64,000 nucleotides of DNA, taken from the NCBI GenBank assembly GCA_964016885.1, contig OZ024741.1:390290001-390354000 (forward strand). Reading direction: 5' to 3'. The translations under genes were made by a program, and so were the position numbers. The DNA is from Eledone cirrhosa. Lineage: Eukaryota. Each line of letters starts with the position of its first letter. Positions within the stretch are counted from its first letter, which is position 1. The notes under the pieces were generated by a model. It saw only the letters and a list, made by a program, of their open reading frames with translations, had not been told where the DNA came from and searched no databases. Shown here one piece after another: positions 12,935 to 27,957 of this stretch.

Positions 12935-13450
12935 CAAATGACACAGTACAATGAAGAACTATATTAGACATCCAACAATTTTAAGACCCGGTGGTATGCC
13001 CACACCCACTCGTTCAGAAGATCGGACAAATCCAACCAAACAACACTCACCGCCTATGTCTGGGACCTCAAGAGGAACTCCACCCCGTTCACGCTCAAAT
13101 GTAAATTACTCCAGAGAGTGCGCTCATACATAGGTGGACACAAGTGTTGTGACCTTTGTATTTCGCAGAGCTATGAAATACTATTTCCAAGGGCCAGACA
13201 CTGAACAAACTCTCTGAACACTGTCCGAACTGCATGCACAAAAACTATGCAACACATAAATCCTACAAACCAGTTCTGCCTCCAGAACGATAGTTTCAAA
13301 AAACACCTCACTGGACATAATATCCCCTTCCTCTCCATTCTACCCCATCCCCTACCTCAACCAACGCCTTCTTTCGGTACGCATCACAGTATTGAGGTTA
13401 TGTAACTACTCTTTACCTACTTGTCTTCTCTACTTGTATAAGGGTACTGG
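12935..13450 (+). mobile_element. Penelope-like element fragment (region downstream of GIY-YIG plus 3'UTR)
   Basis: TTLTAYVWDLKRNSTPFTLKCKLL...CCDLCISQSYEIL matches the C-terminal region seen at 54780-54930 and 59210-59400. Confidence 0.7.
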
Positions 13451-13497
13451 TATGTGTGTTTATGCCTGTATATACGTATGTGTATGTATGCATTTGC

Positions 13498-13528
<31 letters not shown>

Positions 13529-14908
13529 CTAGCTGGCCCGTCCGGCTGGCGCCGGCTAGGTATACCGGCATTTTATCTTTTCAGGAATCCCCCCTACACT
13601 CCAGTGCAAAGATACCGCACGCCATCTCAAGTCAGGGAGGGGGGGGGGTGTTAATGTGCTCTGATGTTGGTGAGTTTGAATAGTTTTTAGGATTCCAAGT
13701 AACAGAAAATATTTAAATTATATTGTTAGAACCTCAGAGTATACAATATTTTTTGTTCGGCCCTCCGAAGCAAAGATGAGATTGTTTGGCGAGCTCACGC
13801 TAGAGCATCCTACATACATTTGACCATGGGAGAATCACTGATTTCGTAGCTCGTCTCGCGGAGAAGCTCTGTAGACGTTGAACTCTAGACACTCCTGTCA
13901 GGAGCAGGTGAGCAGTAGTGACTTAGAGGCCTACCACCAATCTCCAGAACACTGTTTTCAAGACAAATGAGCACCTCATTGAAAACGACATCGTATGTTA
14001 CGTTTGGATTGTGTCTGCGTGTGCGGTGGATGATGTCCTCGGCTAGTCTTTCACGGTGGTTGTTCCACAGTGCGAGAGGGTCGGTGACATCGCAGGTGTG
14101 CAGCATAATAGCAAAACCTTTTCGCAGCTGAGGTTCTAACAATATAATTTAAATATTTTCTGTTACTTGGAATCCTAAAAACTATTCAAACTCCCCAACT
14201 TCAGAGCACATTAACACCCCCCCTCTCTGACTTGAAGCAGTTGCTGCTTCTTGCATGGTGAGGTGCCAATGGCTGTCATCGTGTAACATACCACGCATCT
14301 GGCAAGCCAAACGGTAAGTGGAACATTGATGACCATTGATGGTTCTCAGATCTTGGAAAGACTGTGGTTCTCTAACCTCGAACAGTAACAATGATGATAA
14401 GCCGTCTGTGCTTTCGTGAAATAAATAGCTTTTTGTTTTGTGTATGCAGAAATATCTGTACACGAATATATATATTAAAATAACAGATTAAAGTTTAAGC
14501 AAAGAATCGCTGCTTTCACCCTTAACGGGATCTTCTGAAACTAAAAAAATCCGTCTGTGAACGGAGATGTAAATATTTCGAAAAACGTTATGCAGACAGT
14601 TAGACATACAGAGACATATTATAACGTGCTACGTTATAGCTAAGTATCTATCTAAAAAGACAGACTAAGAAAAAGAGGGGCATGTTGTGCGACGTCATAA
14701 GAAAAAGTGAGGAATGACGTATAACTGAAAGTGTTGACATTTGAAATTTTAAAGAAGTGAATATTTAAATAATGTCTTTAATCTTTTAACAAAATTACCC
14801 TCACTGTTTTACTTGGAAAAAGTTAAATCTATGGTGCAAATTTGGTGCTGTTTGGTCCAGCCGTTTCGCGGAAAGTTTGTTACCTACATACGGCCGTCAG
14901 CTTTATAG
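13529..14908 (-). mobile_element. Internally deleted Helitron with Rep/helicase fragments
   Basis: SFQDLRTINGHQCSTYRLACQMRGMLHDD, LRKGFAIMLHTCDVTDPLALW, FSHGQMYVGCS; 3' GC hairpin plus CTAG at 13529. Confidence 0.85.
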
Positions 14909-14920
14909 TATATATATATA

Positions 14921-14995
<75 letters not shown>

Positions 14996-15070
14996 TATAA
15001 GTAGTTCCATAAAAGTTAGTTCACCATTACCGAGAACAATTTTTTCACCTTATTCGGATCATCAACTCGG

Positions 15071-15146
<76 letters not shown>

Positions 15147-15167
15147 ATATACATATGTACGTATGGG

Positions 15168-15363
15168 TTGTTCGATTCGTTTGTAAACAAGCGGCCCGAT
15201 TAGGAGTTGTGCCGTGCCGGTGACCGATCGTCAACCGTTCAACAGACTGGCAGAGATATACAGTACTGATGAAGGGTAATGGTCCAGAAACATGTTGATT
15301 GTTCCTCAAAGCCAGTGTTGAACAGCTTCAAATCGGGCCGTTTGTTTACAAACGAATCGAACA
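15168..15363 (+). repeat. About 200-bp element with about 32-bp terminal inverted repeats enclosing a hammerhead
   Basis: GTTCGATTCGTTTGTAAACAAGCGGCCCGATT and AATCGGGCCGTTTGTTTACAAACGAATCGAAC; shares GTTTGTTTACAAACGAA with family B. Confidence 0.8.
15261..15301 (+). ncRNA. Minimal type I hammerhead ribozyme
   Basis: CAGTA-CTGATGA-a-GGGT aatg GTCC-a-GAAA-CATG-TT-GATTG; palindromic ACATGT; one stem I mismatch. Confidence 0.7.
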
Positions 15364-15509
15364 TTATTATTAATGTTCGATATAACCCATGCGTACATAT
15401 GTATATGTATATATGTGTGTGTATGTATATACGTATATATATAAATGTGTACGTGTGCATACTTACATATATATATATATATAAATATAAACAAACTTAA
15501 GACCTTTCA

Positions 15510-16888
15510 TATAACAAACAACAGGCAGCCGCATGGGCTTTAATCAACGAAATAACTGGCAGAAAAGAGAAGCCTTCACCCATCATCAAAAGAGGCTCTC
15601 AAGAAGCTAGGAAAAAGAGCTGGACTGACGATTTCAACGGTCTACTGGGCGAACCCTCTGTAGAAGGCAATCCCCCAAAGTATGTGATATCACCTGAACT
15701 CGACAGCTCTACTGGACCTTTCACCTTGAGTGAGATCAACCAGGTGATCAAAACACTTGAAAACAAAAAAACACCTGGTCTCGACAACATACCCAGTATA
15801 ATTTGGGAAGACCCAAACCTTACTTCAGTCCTATTATCGATCTGCAACGACACCTTAAGCAACAAAACTCCTCCAACAAGTTGGTTAAAAGCAGGCATAG
15901 TTCCTGTCCCACCAAAAAAGCCCCCCCCCCCCGAAGACTACTGGGAAATATCACTAATACCCATTGCTGCCAAGATCTACAAGCTAATCCTCAACCGTAT
16001 AATTCCGTATGTTAATCCAATCCTTCGCATCAACCAAAACGGTTTTAGGCATGGTAGATCTACACTTGCACAGTTTTTGGCCTTGAGAAGAGTAGTGGAA
16101 GAGATGAGAAACCCCAACAAACAAATGGCTCTAGTTTTGGTTGACTTTAGAAAAACTTTTGACAACATAAACAGAGACATTCTGTTAAAATTCTACCCTT
16201 GAATGGCATCCCAGCGAGACTTGTGGAAGCAATTAAGGCTCTGTATCTCAACAGAAGTGCCACTGTCATCACCATTGATGGCCCAACAGAGTTCTTTGAC
16301 ATTTCAGCAGGAGTACTGCAGGGTGACACTCTTGTCCCATTCCTCTTTATCATTGCACTAGACTACACCCTGAGACTCTAAATTGATAAAATCAATAACA
16401 AAGGTATAACCAACAAACCCTGCATGAGCTCTAGGCACCCCTCTAAATATCTCACTGACCTTGACTTAACGGATGACATTGCACTTCTTGCAGATTGCCT
16501 AGAAAATGCGCAACAACTTTTGACATCTCTCCAGGAAGCGCCGCCCTCGTTGGCCTTCATCTTAATGAGGGTAAAACAGAGTACATCTCAAACTGTACAG
16601 GCAACAGCATCAAAGCAATCAATGGCGATGATATCAAGCAAGTCGAGGATTTTAAGTATCTTGGGTCCTGGATCATGAACTCTGAGAAGGATTTCGCCAC
16701 CAGAAAGGCCCACACCAAAATCAGACTTTTCCAAGTAACAATTCAACCAATCTTGCTATATGGAAGTGAAACATGGGCGCTTTCATCCAAACAACAAAAG
16801 TGCCTTGATGACACTTACACTCGTCAGCTTCAATGCATTCAGAACATAAGCTGGCGACATCTGACTTTAAGAGAGATATATGCTGGCC
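15510..16888 (+). mobile_element. Decayed RTE-clade LINE (RT region)
   Basis: KTPGLDNIP, NQNGFR.GRST, GVLQGDTLVPFLF, DLDLTDDIALL, FKYLGSWI over frameshifted ORFs. Confidence 0.85.
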
Positions 16889-18230
16889 TCCTGATAATTA
16901 GGCGTGTAGTGTTCGTTCACTATTTCACTTATCCCTTGGGGATCCTCGGTTAATGAACCATCTTTATGGAAGAGTGGCCCAATCTTGCAGTGTACCGTGT
17001 ACTCTTTTGCAAATTTAAAGAAGGCCTTAGGGTTTGTTTTAATATTTTCTATGGCTCTGATTTTTCTCTCTGCCCTCTCCTTTTCATGGGAAAGTTTGAG
17101 TGCAGTTTCACTTTCAAGTAGGATTCTTTCTTGTTTTTTTTTGTTTCTTTTTTGTTGTGCATTCAACTGGTTTGAGAGCTTAGTTCTTCGTCTTATAAGG
17201 ATTTTCCTGTCTCCGGGAATAAGATTTTTGTGTCTGTTGGCCTTTTTCTCCGGGACAAACTTATGGTATATAATTTGTATTGTTATGAAATGTTGAAAAT
17301 GTGTGTTAGTGTCTTATGTAGTGATGTTGTCGCTCCATTTTTGCTTCCGGATCTCTTTCTTGCTCTTTTTCCAGTTAGCCTTGTAAAAGTTTGGGCTGGA
17401 TAAGTTCCCGGTGCTTCTTAATGGTTCCGTCTCTGTTGACTCTCTCGGACCACATATCATTAGTTCTACTAAGTTATGATCCGAGAAAATCGTTGGTGTC
17501 ACCTTTACATTGTGGATGAGCACTGCATTGTTTGTAAAGCAGAGATCCAGGACATTCTCGCCTCTTGTTAGGAGGAGTACTGCTTGTTTCATGAACAGCC
17601 TGTGTGTGAGGGCCAGCAGGGACTCCGTCTGTCTCTGTTCGAGAGATGTCATTCCAAGGAGGCGGTGGCCTTCAGGCCACTTGACCTTTGGCAGGTTAAA
17701 GTCTCCCAGCAGCAGAATGTTGAGACCCTGGTCCAGTTTGTCAAGGACCTCTTCTATCCTTCTGAGGCTATCCTCAAATTTACCCTCATGTCTGGGGGCA
17801 TCGGGTGGCCGATATATGACACATATTACCGTTTTTAGTTGCCTCATATCAGTGTGTCACAGACTGAGTTTGAATGTGTCAACAGTACAATTGGTGTGAC
17901 ATATTCACGGATATACAGAGCAACCTTACCGTGAGTTCTCTCCTTCCTGTCTGAACGAAATACAGTATATTTTGGTATATGTATTTTCGCATCTGCTATA
18001 CTGCTTGTCAAGTTCATTTCGGTTAGTGCCATGCATATTGCTTGATTGCCTACGGCTAAGTCTGCCAAGTAGGAGATTTTGCTCATGTTAGTGAGTTTCA
18101 CGAGACCTCTGACATTCAACAGCAGCACTGGTGTGACGTTTGGGGTGTCAGCAATGGCTGTTGGTGTGACACCTGGCCTGGTGTCAGCGGCGGCCAGCCT
18201 GGGTCACTTGATTGTGGTGGTCTCGAGTGC
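16889..18230 (-). mobile_element. Decayed CR1-group LINE (AP endonuclease and linker)
   Basis: LLLNVRGL, ALTE, VIYRPP, LLGDFN, LDLCFTN, SDHNL, IKTNPKAFFKF. Confidence 0.85.
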
Positions 18231-18238
18231 TGGTGTGA

Positions 18239-18282
<44 letters not shown>

Positions 18283-19664
18283 GAATAAAGTTAGTCCTTC
18301 ATCAGTGATCTTCCAACCATCATTGGTATTTCATCGCTTTAAAGACCATATACCTCCGGTTGGTGCGAGCAACGGCTAAAAAAAGTCGTTGGGACACGTA
18401 AATAAAGGGGACACGAGGGTGTAAACAAACAAAGATGGTGAAGCAACGAAAAGTGAGGAAGAAAGAATCAAGTCCCAAATTTCCATGAATATAAGTTCGG
18501 TGAAATCGTGAACGAGAGAGAATAAAGACCACCAAACCTGGTTGGAATGTGAGCAAGGAAGGAATTCCGTACAGGTCTAACGGGAGGAAGAAGGGATCTA
18601 GTCTGTGAATTCGGTGAACGTACGTTCTGTGAAATCATAGACTTGCGTATAATTTGTACTCATTTATTCATACGGCTGGTTTTTATATTGTATGTATGCG
18701 TGTAAGTGTGCATATGTGTGTATACGTGTTTGTATATGTATACGAATGCATTCGTATGTGCGCGTGTATGTGTATATGTGTGTGTGTATGTGTGTTTTTA
18801 TATCTATGTTTTTTTACATACTTATATATATATGTGTGTGTGTGTATATGTATATATATATATATATATGTGTATATATATATGTATATATATATATGGT
18901 CGCGTGCGTGCGTGTGATTAGATGTAGATGTATGTATATATATGTGCTTGGTGTGTATGTATGCGCGCTTTTGTATGTATGTACGCATGGATGTGCTTTT
19001 GTCTGTACGTATTTATATATATATTTTATATATATAGGTGTGCATACGAACCTCTGTATGTTTTCTATTTTTTCTAGTGTTACTTTATAATTGATGACCC
19101 CTCCCTCTTACTTTCTCTTTGATTTAACTTTTTTATTCTCATATATTTTTTCATTTTTTCATTTTCATATTTTATATTTTTTTTATATGTATCTACCTTC
19201 AGCCTGACACTGCTTTGACTGATACACTCCCTTCCCTGTATATATCGCATGCATGTATGTGGTTGCGTGTGTGTGTGTGTTTATACGCGTGCTTTCATAC
19301 TTGTGTGTGTATATATTTCAATCTTTAATCCCTGAGTCTGTATGTACGCTAACTCTATTATCTTACAATTTCTTTTTTCAACATATATATATATACGTAT
19401 TTGTGGTCACACATACACTGATATGCTTGCCCTCATGTATGTACTTACGCACATATTTGTTCACTATACACATGCATTTCTACATACACACATATGTACA
19501 TTTGTAGGTATATATACATACATTTCTACACATACCCTTACTATATTTCCTTATTTTATTTTTATATATCTCTTACATTACTTTTATTTATATTTTTTTT
19601 TTTGCCAGTTAAACTTTTGCCTTTCTTGAGGAGATTTTTCAAATATTTCACTATGTTTTAAATT

Positions 19665-19740
19665 GCCTTGTCTGACGAACGAATGAGGACGTTTCTCGTA
19701 TTCGTCTTATTCGGGAAACCTCTGGTAATGAGGTAATTAT
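19665..19740 (+). ncRNA. Hammerhead ribozyme with long stem II and stable stem III, at the end of a TG/TA-rich UTR-like tract
   Basis: CTGACGA-a-CGAATGAGGACG...CGTCTTATTCG-g-GAAA-CCTC tggtaat GAGG-TA; stem I weak. Confidence 0.7.
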
Positions 19741-19775
19741 ATTGTATTGTTTATTATACATTATATATATATATA

Positions 19776-20246
19776 TTGTTATACTTTGGGAGGGTCATGT
19801 TGCCACGCACCAGTTGCTTTCACTTCAATTTATTATAATAAATTTATAAATTTAGGAATTTATAAATTTCCGGTTGGTTGGTTGGTTCCACAACCAGATG
19901 GTTGTTTATATATTGTCAAAGTACATACAAAAACAAGATGGCGTAGGACAGAACAAAGGAGAGGCACAAAAAACAAAGAAAAGAATCCCCAGTCACTGAA
20001 GAGGTCACAGAATGTGTGACGAAAGAACTTTGACAATATATAAACAACCATCTGGTTGTGGAACCAACCAACCAACCAACCGGAAATTTATAAATTCCTA
20101 AATTTATAAATTTATTATAATAAATTGAAGTGAAAGCAACTGGTGCGTGTGTTTCTTATTGGCAACATGACCCTCCCAAAGTATAACAATATCGGTTTCA
20201 ACACACGTTTTCAGATAAAGAATCTTGCTAAACAAATTCAGAAACG

Positions 20247-20248
<2 letters not shown>
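19776..20248. repeat. Family A foldback copy
   Basis: 19776-19920 inverted against 20028-20190. Confidence 0.9.
19992..20034 (+). ncRNA. Type I hammerhead ribozyme (family A)
   Basis: GTCA-CTGAAGA-g-GTCACA gaatg TGTGAC-GAAA-GAAC-TT-TGAC. Confidence 0.75.
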
Positions 20249-20343
<95 letters not shown>

Positions 20344-20599
20344 CATCTGTTCAGTCTTCAACCAAAATTAGATTGTCGTCTGCTTTGTTTGAAATTTCTA
20401 ATAAGTTGTTGCCTCGTTTTGGAGGAATGGGTTGTGGGAGGAGGAAGTGGAGTAGTGGGAAGGAGGATTTAACATACAGTAGTAGTATTTCCTCTTCCCA
20501 CTCTCTCACTGAAACAGCTTCTCTTTCCTCCTCCATTGTAAAGATGTCTCCAGGGGTTCCATTATTGATTTTTATTGAAATCCAATTAGCCAGTCCTGT

Positions 20600-20856
<257 letters not shown>

Positions 20857-21055
20857 TTTTTTCCTCTCTTTACGTGGCCTCACCATTCATGTCTGTTTAC
20901 ATGTCTTTCTCTTTCTCCACCCAACTCTTTTTATCCCAATAAGTTATTTTAGTTATTTTATATATGATGCCTAGTAGACAACTGATGATGGGTATTCCTA
21001 ACTTCTATTTCTAATTCTTCATTTTTTATACTTAAATGCAACAACACAGCTCGCC

Positions 21056-21120
<65 letters not shown>

Positions 21121-21125
21121 GTATG

Positions 21126-21179
<54 letters not shown>

Positions 21180-21301
21180 AATATAGACATAGAATATTCG
21201 AAAATATTCTGTATGTTTATAATAAACATTTTGAAGACCTAATCGCTATAGAATAGAATACGTCACGTATTACAATTAGATTCTCGATAAAAGCAAGGGA
21301 A

Positions 21302-21344
21302 GTAATCTACGCGTTTCATTCTTATTAGAAATCTTCAGGACTAC
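21302..21344 (-). ncRNA. Minimal type I hammerhead ribozyme (310-bp unit, inverted copy)
   Basis: Reverse complement of 21774-21816. Confidence 0.88.
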
Positions 21345-21773
21345 ATATCCAGTGCTTTTATCGAGAATGACACAGCTAGAGACTTATAGAATACTTAGCT
21401 GTGTACATGAACTGGTTTGAAAGAGCGGTTGCCGGTCCGGCAGAAATTAGAAATTGGAATAAATGCTCTGAAATAGCGATATATATGTGAATATAGACAT
21501 AGAATATTCGAAAATATAATTCGAGAATCTAATTGTAATACGTGACGTATTCTATTCTATAGCGATTAGGTCTTCAAAATGTTTATTATAAACATACAGA
21601 ATATTTTCGAATATTCTATGTCTATATTCACATATATATCGCTATTTCAGAGCATTTATTCCAATTTCTAATTTCTGCCGGACCGGCAACCGCTCTTTCA
21701 AACCAGTTCATGTACACAGCTAAGTATTCTATAAGTCTCTAGCTGTGTCATTCTCGATAAAAGCACTGGATAT

Positions 21774-21816
21774 GTAGTCCTGAAGATTTCTAATAAGAAT
21801 GAAACGCGTAGATTAC
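21774..21816 (+). ncRNA. Minimal type I hammerhead ribozyme (310-bp unit)
   Basis: GTAGTC-CTGAAGA-t-TTCT aata AGAA-t-GAAA-CGCG-TA-GATTAC; palindromic ACGCGT; GUA site. Confidence 0.9.
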
Positions 21817-22083
21817 TTCCCTTGCTTTTATCGAGAATCTAATTGTAATACGTGACGTATTCTATTCTATAGCGATTAGGTCTTCAAAATGTTTATTATA
21901 AACATACAGAATATTTTCGAATATTCTATGTCTATATTCACATATATATCGCTATTTCAGAGCATTTATTCCAATTTCTAATTTCTGCCGGACCGGCAAC
22001 CGCTCTTTCAAACCAGTTCATGTACACAGCTAAGTATTCTATAAGTCTCTAGCTGTGTCATTCTCGATAAAAGCACTGGATAT

Positions 22084-22126
22084 GTAGTCCTGAAGATTTC
22101 TAATAAGAATGAAACGCGTAGATTAC
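22084..22126 (+). ncRNA. Minimal type I hammerhead ribozyme (310-bp unit)
   Basis: Identical to 21774-21816. Confidence 0.9.
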
Positions 22127-22279
22127 TTCCCTTGCTTTTATCGAGAATCTAATTGTAATACGTGACGTATTCTATTCTATAGCGATTAGGTCTTCAAAAT
22201 GTTTATTATAAACATACAGAATATTTTCGAATATTCTATGTCTATATTCACATATATATCGCTATTTCAGAGCATTTAT

Positions 22280-22325
<46 letters not shown>

Positions 22326-22465
22326 GAAATGTAGAGAAGTGACACACGAGTTGATATATATTTAAAAAATAGTAAAAAAGAAAAAAAAACAGTAGAAAAT
22401 CCTAGAGGCATTTTTTCAGAATAACATCAAAACATTTATTTACAAAATAGGGATTTCCACATTTA

Positions 22466-22502
22466 ATTGTACCGGTTTCAGCTTTATATGCTTTTTCGAC
22501 GG
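22466..22502 (-). ncRNA. Degenerate U3-A8-type hammerhead in pseudo-LTR
   Basis: TCGAAAA-AGC atataaa GCT-GAAA-CCGG-TA-CAAT. Confidence 0.5.
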
Positions 22503-23985
22503 AAGTGTAGAGTGCAGTTAAATTGCATATTAAGAATAAGGAAATGGAGAAAAAAAAATGTTAGTTTTTACATACATATTTAGGGAGGAAAGTTCATATT
22601 TTTGTCAGTAATTTTTTTTCGTTCTCTGTTAGTGTTGACCAATAGTGGTAGTAGTGGGGGGAGAAGGGGGAGCAGACGAAGGAGAAGAACACGATGAAGA
22701 AGAAGAGGGAGGGACAGGGGATAGGTGTGGTAGTAAACCCAGGGCTATGGTAAGGAAGGAGAATACGGAGAAGTGGTGGGTGAAGCAGAAGTGGACGACA
22801 GGCCGTTGTAGTGGTGATAGTGTCACTGTTAATAATGATAAAGGGAGCTGTTCGTGGGATTGGCTTAAATGATTGAGTGACCTTAGAGTTGACTGAGGAA
22901 ATAATTGTTTCTAAAAATATCTATCTTGGTATTCCTGTTTGTAATGCTGGCATTCCTAAATTGACCTGCAGTGTGGGTGTTTCTAAGAGGTCTTCCTTAA
23001 CCCTCCAGCAATTACACCACTCCACATATACCACCATATTTTCTCAGTAAAGGTTCCATCCCACATAATTATCTCACACAATATTGAATCCATGAGACCC
23101 TAATATTACCCACCTCGAGAACACCACCCCAACATCAGCATGAGCAGCCGGCCACAGAACAGAAAGAGGTGAGAGAACTCCGACCGGACACGGCCGGTTC
23201 AAATGCCAAGAGGTTAATTTGTCCAGGGTGCTCATTTTAAAGTGTGCCAGCTGCAGTTTCCGAAGTAGATGCATTTAGAAGGGGTTCGTATTTAGCGATA
23301 AAATATGATTCCTTGCTAATGCGCTGGATGTCGGAGGCGTTGTCTTTAAATTTGTAGAATGGAAAAATTCTGAAATTGGGTTGTTCATTAGAGGCGCAGG
23401 TTGCAATGTGTTCACTCAGTGCTACTTGTCTATATACCTGTATTTTAATTTGGGGTCTATGAACGGTCATACGTTGACGAGGACTGCTTTTAGTCTCTCC
23501 TATGTAGTGCTCTCGACAGCCTGAGCAAGTCAACACATATATCAGGTTTTCTGATGTGCATGTGAAATTGCATTTCACTGTAAAGCGTTGCCCTTGTTTG
23601 AAGTGGAACTTCGATCCCTCTATTATGTTGATACATATACCACATATATAACAGTTGAGTCTTCCGCATTTTTTTTACTGTAGGATTCATTGTTAAGGTC
23701 AGCTGGACTTTGGCCTGTGTAAGGATGTTTTTCATTGATTTGGGTTGTCTTTTGCTCTATATAATGTTGTGCGTTTGAAGGATTTGATTCATTCTTAGGT
23801 CTCTTTTTAGTAAAGGTATGTTATGGCGATGGTGTCGAAAGCCTCATTGTTAAGGGGGTTGTGTGTGGAGATGTATGGTAAAGCTTTCAGTTTCGATTCA
23901 TATATATATATATTCGATTGATATATATATATATATCAGAATAACATCAAAACATTTATTTACAAAATAGGGATTTCCGCATTTA

Positions 23986-24023
23986 TTTGTACCGTTTTCA
24001 GCTTTATATGATTTTTCAACGAC
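23986..24023 (-). ncRNA. Degenerate U3-A8-type hammerhead in pseudo-LTR
   Basis: GTCG-TTGAAAA-ATC atataaa GCT-GAAA-ACGG-TA-CAAA. Confidence 0.5.
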
Positions 24024-24597
24024 GGAAGTGTATAGTGCAGCTAAATTGTATGATAATAAGAAAATGGAGAAAATTTTTTTTTAGTTTTTACATACATATT
24101 TAGGGAGGAAAGTTCATATTTTTTCCGTAGTTTTCTTTCGTTCTCTGTTAGTGTTCAGAACGAAAGAAAACTACGGACAAAAATATGAACTTTCCTCCCT
24201 AAATATGTATGAAAAAGCATAGAGAATGTTAATACAGCCACTTAATGAAAACCCTTTACTTAGAATAAATGAACCTTGAAAATTAGGAGTGCCTACATTT
24301 GTATCATTCTGTATCACTCTGTATTTTTCACTAAGTATAGTTTTTTTCAAAGAAACCCCATTCTTTAAATCCATCAGCCAATGACTCCCACCCATCCTAA
24401 TCATCACCTTCTCCTACCACCATATCACATTGACAGTCGGCTTTCCTGATGCTTTGCTTCGAATGAAACAGTTTTAGTCTTGTACATGCCATTTCTATAT
24501 TAAATATATATATATGTATATATAATGAAGGAATTGTGGTAAGGAACCAGATGGACCATAACGCACCAGAGTACTCAATACTTAGGGTAGTAGAGTG

Positions 24598-24637
<40 letters not shown>

Positions 24638-25149
24638 AAAATGTTTAACCCCGACGGCAGAGCTCAATCCGTTTCGACGGCTATTTCTGGACTCTATATA
24701 TATAGGTGTATAGGTGCAAGAAAATTGCGCCCGTAGGCGTGTGTAATAGTATAAGAATAAAGGAACAAAGTGTCAGTGTTGCAACACTGACTTTTTGTAT
24801 ATATATATATATAAACGGAAAAAATGAAACGAAATTTAATTTCTCACTCTTAGTACGGCTGTTACTTAAATATAAGTATTATACGTACATACATATATGT
24901 ATACAGACGTACAGTAGTATACATGCACACATATATATATATGTACGTATGGATTTACCTCAAAGGATAGAAATCAGCGGCTAGAAGTTTGTTGGCCTGC
25001 AAAAGTGATAGGGATAAAGGAGAAAAGGAAGAAAATGGACGATAGAAGGTCACACAATATTTAAATACTTTCATCAATAAAGCTATTCGAGCCGTTGAAT
25101 TTGAGAAAAAAGTTGAAATTCCTTGTTTGGAAGAAAATTGGACATTCAC

Positions 25150-27534
<2,385 letters not shown>

Positions 27535-27540
<6 letters not shown>

Positions 27541-27906
27541 CCAGGCCAGGGATTTCTGGAAGTTGTCCATAGGCCCCGGCCCGAAAGTTCTTCCGAAGAG
27601 ATTGGCTAGTTGATTTTCGTCGACGCCTAGAGTTTCCCCAGGTACGTCGTCGCCCTTCCCCTCCACTAATCCTCTATAGAAAACGCCAACGTGGAGTTTC
27701 CACCGATCACATTGCCCGATTGGTCGAGGGCTGTGAGCGCCTGAAGACATTCCAGTCTCCAAGCGCTCCCTCTCGGTCTTCGCTTGACCCAGAACTGCAG
27801 CTCCGTCGAGACGAGCTGGGGAAAGACGCGTCTAGCAAACGGCGACCACACCTGATCACCGTCGAGGAAAAGGTGGAGATGTCGTAGCCTGAGCGCGTGT
27901 CTGCGC

Positions 27907-27908
<2 letters not shown>
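27535..27908 (-). mobile_element. Tx1/L1-like fragment truncated at both ends
   Basis: Matches the ORF2 segment MRRHALRLRH...KSLAWQC of the full copies. Confidence 0.9.

Positions 27909-27956
<48 letters not shown>
27908..27956. repeat. (TAA)n spacer between elements; others at 29051-29117, 35137-35178, 41081-41125, 41239-41275 and 41924-41944
   Basis: Direct reading; these tracts form the junctions between elements of the array. Confidence 0.99.

Positions 27957-27957
<1 letters not shown>

Larger units (their letters stand above)
21175..22285. repeat. Retrozyme-like array: 310-bp unit, about 2.5 tandem plus-strand copies preceded by about 1.1 inverted copy
   Basis: CGTGACGTAT at 21541, 21851 and 22161 (period 310); 21175-21517 is reverse complement; one hammerhead per unit; flanked by (TA)n. 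Confidence 0.92.
22330..24213 (-). mobile_element. 5'-truncated Penelope-like element: GIY-YIG fragment between direct pseudo-LTRs, plus a short inverted tail
   Basis: NLIYVLTCSGCREHYIGET (23237-23578); direct repeats 22418-22636 and 23937-24154; 24155-24213 inverted. Confidence 0.85.

Noticed and set aside
18290-18315. CTGATGA on the minus strand
   Set aside because: Cut off by a (TA)n tract; no GAAA half
20975-21050. CTGATGA followed by GGGTATTCC
   Set aside because: No convincing stem II closure, GAAA or stem I
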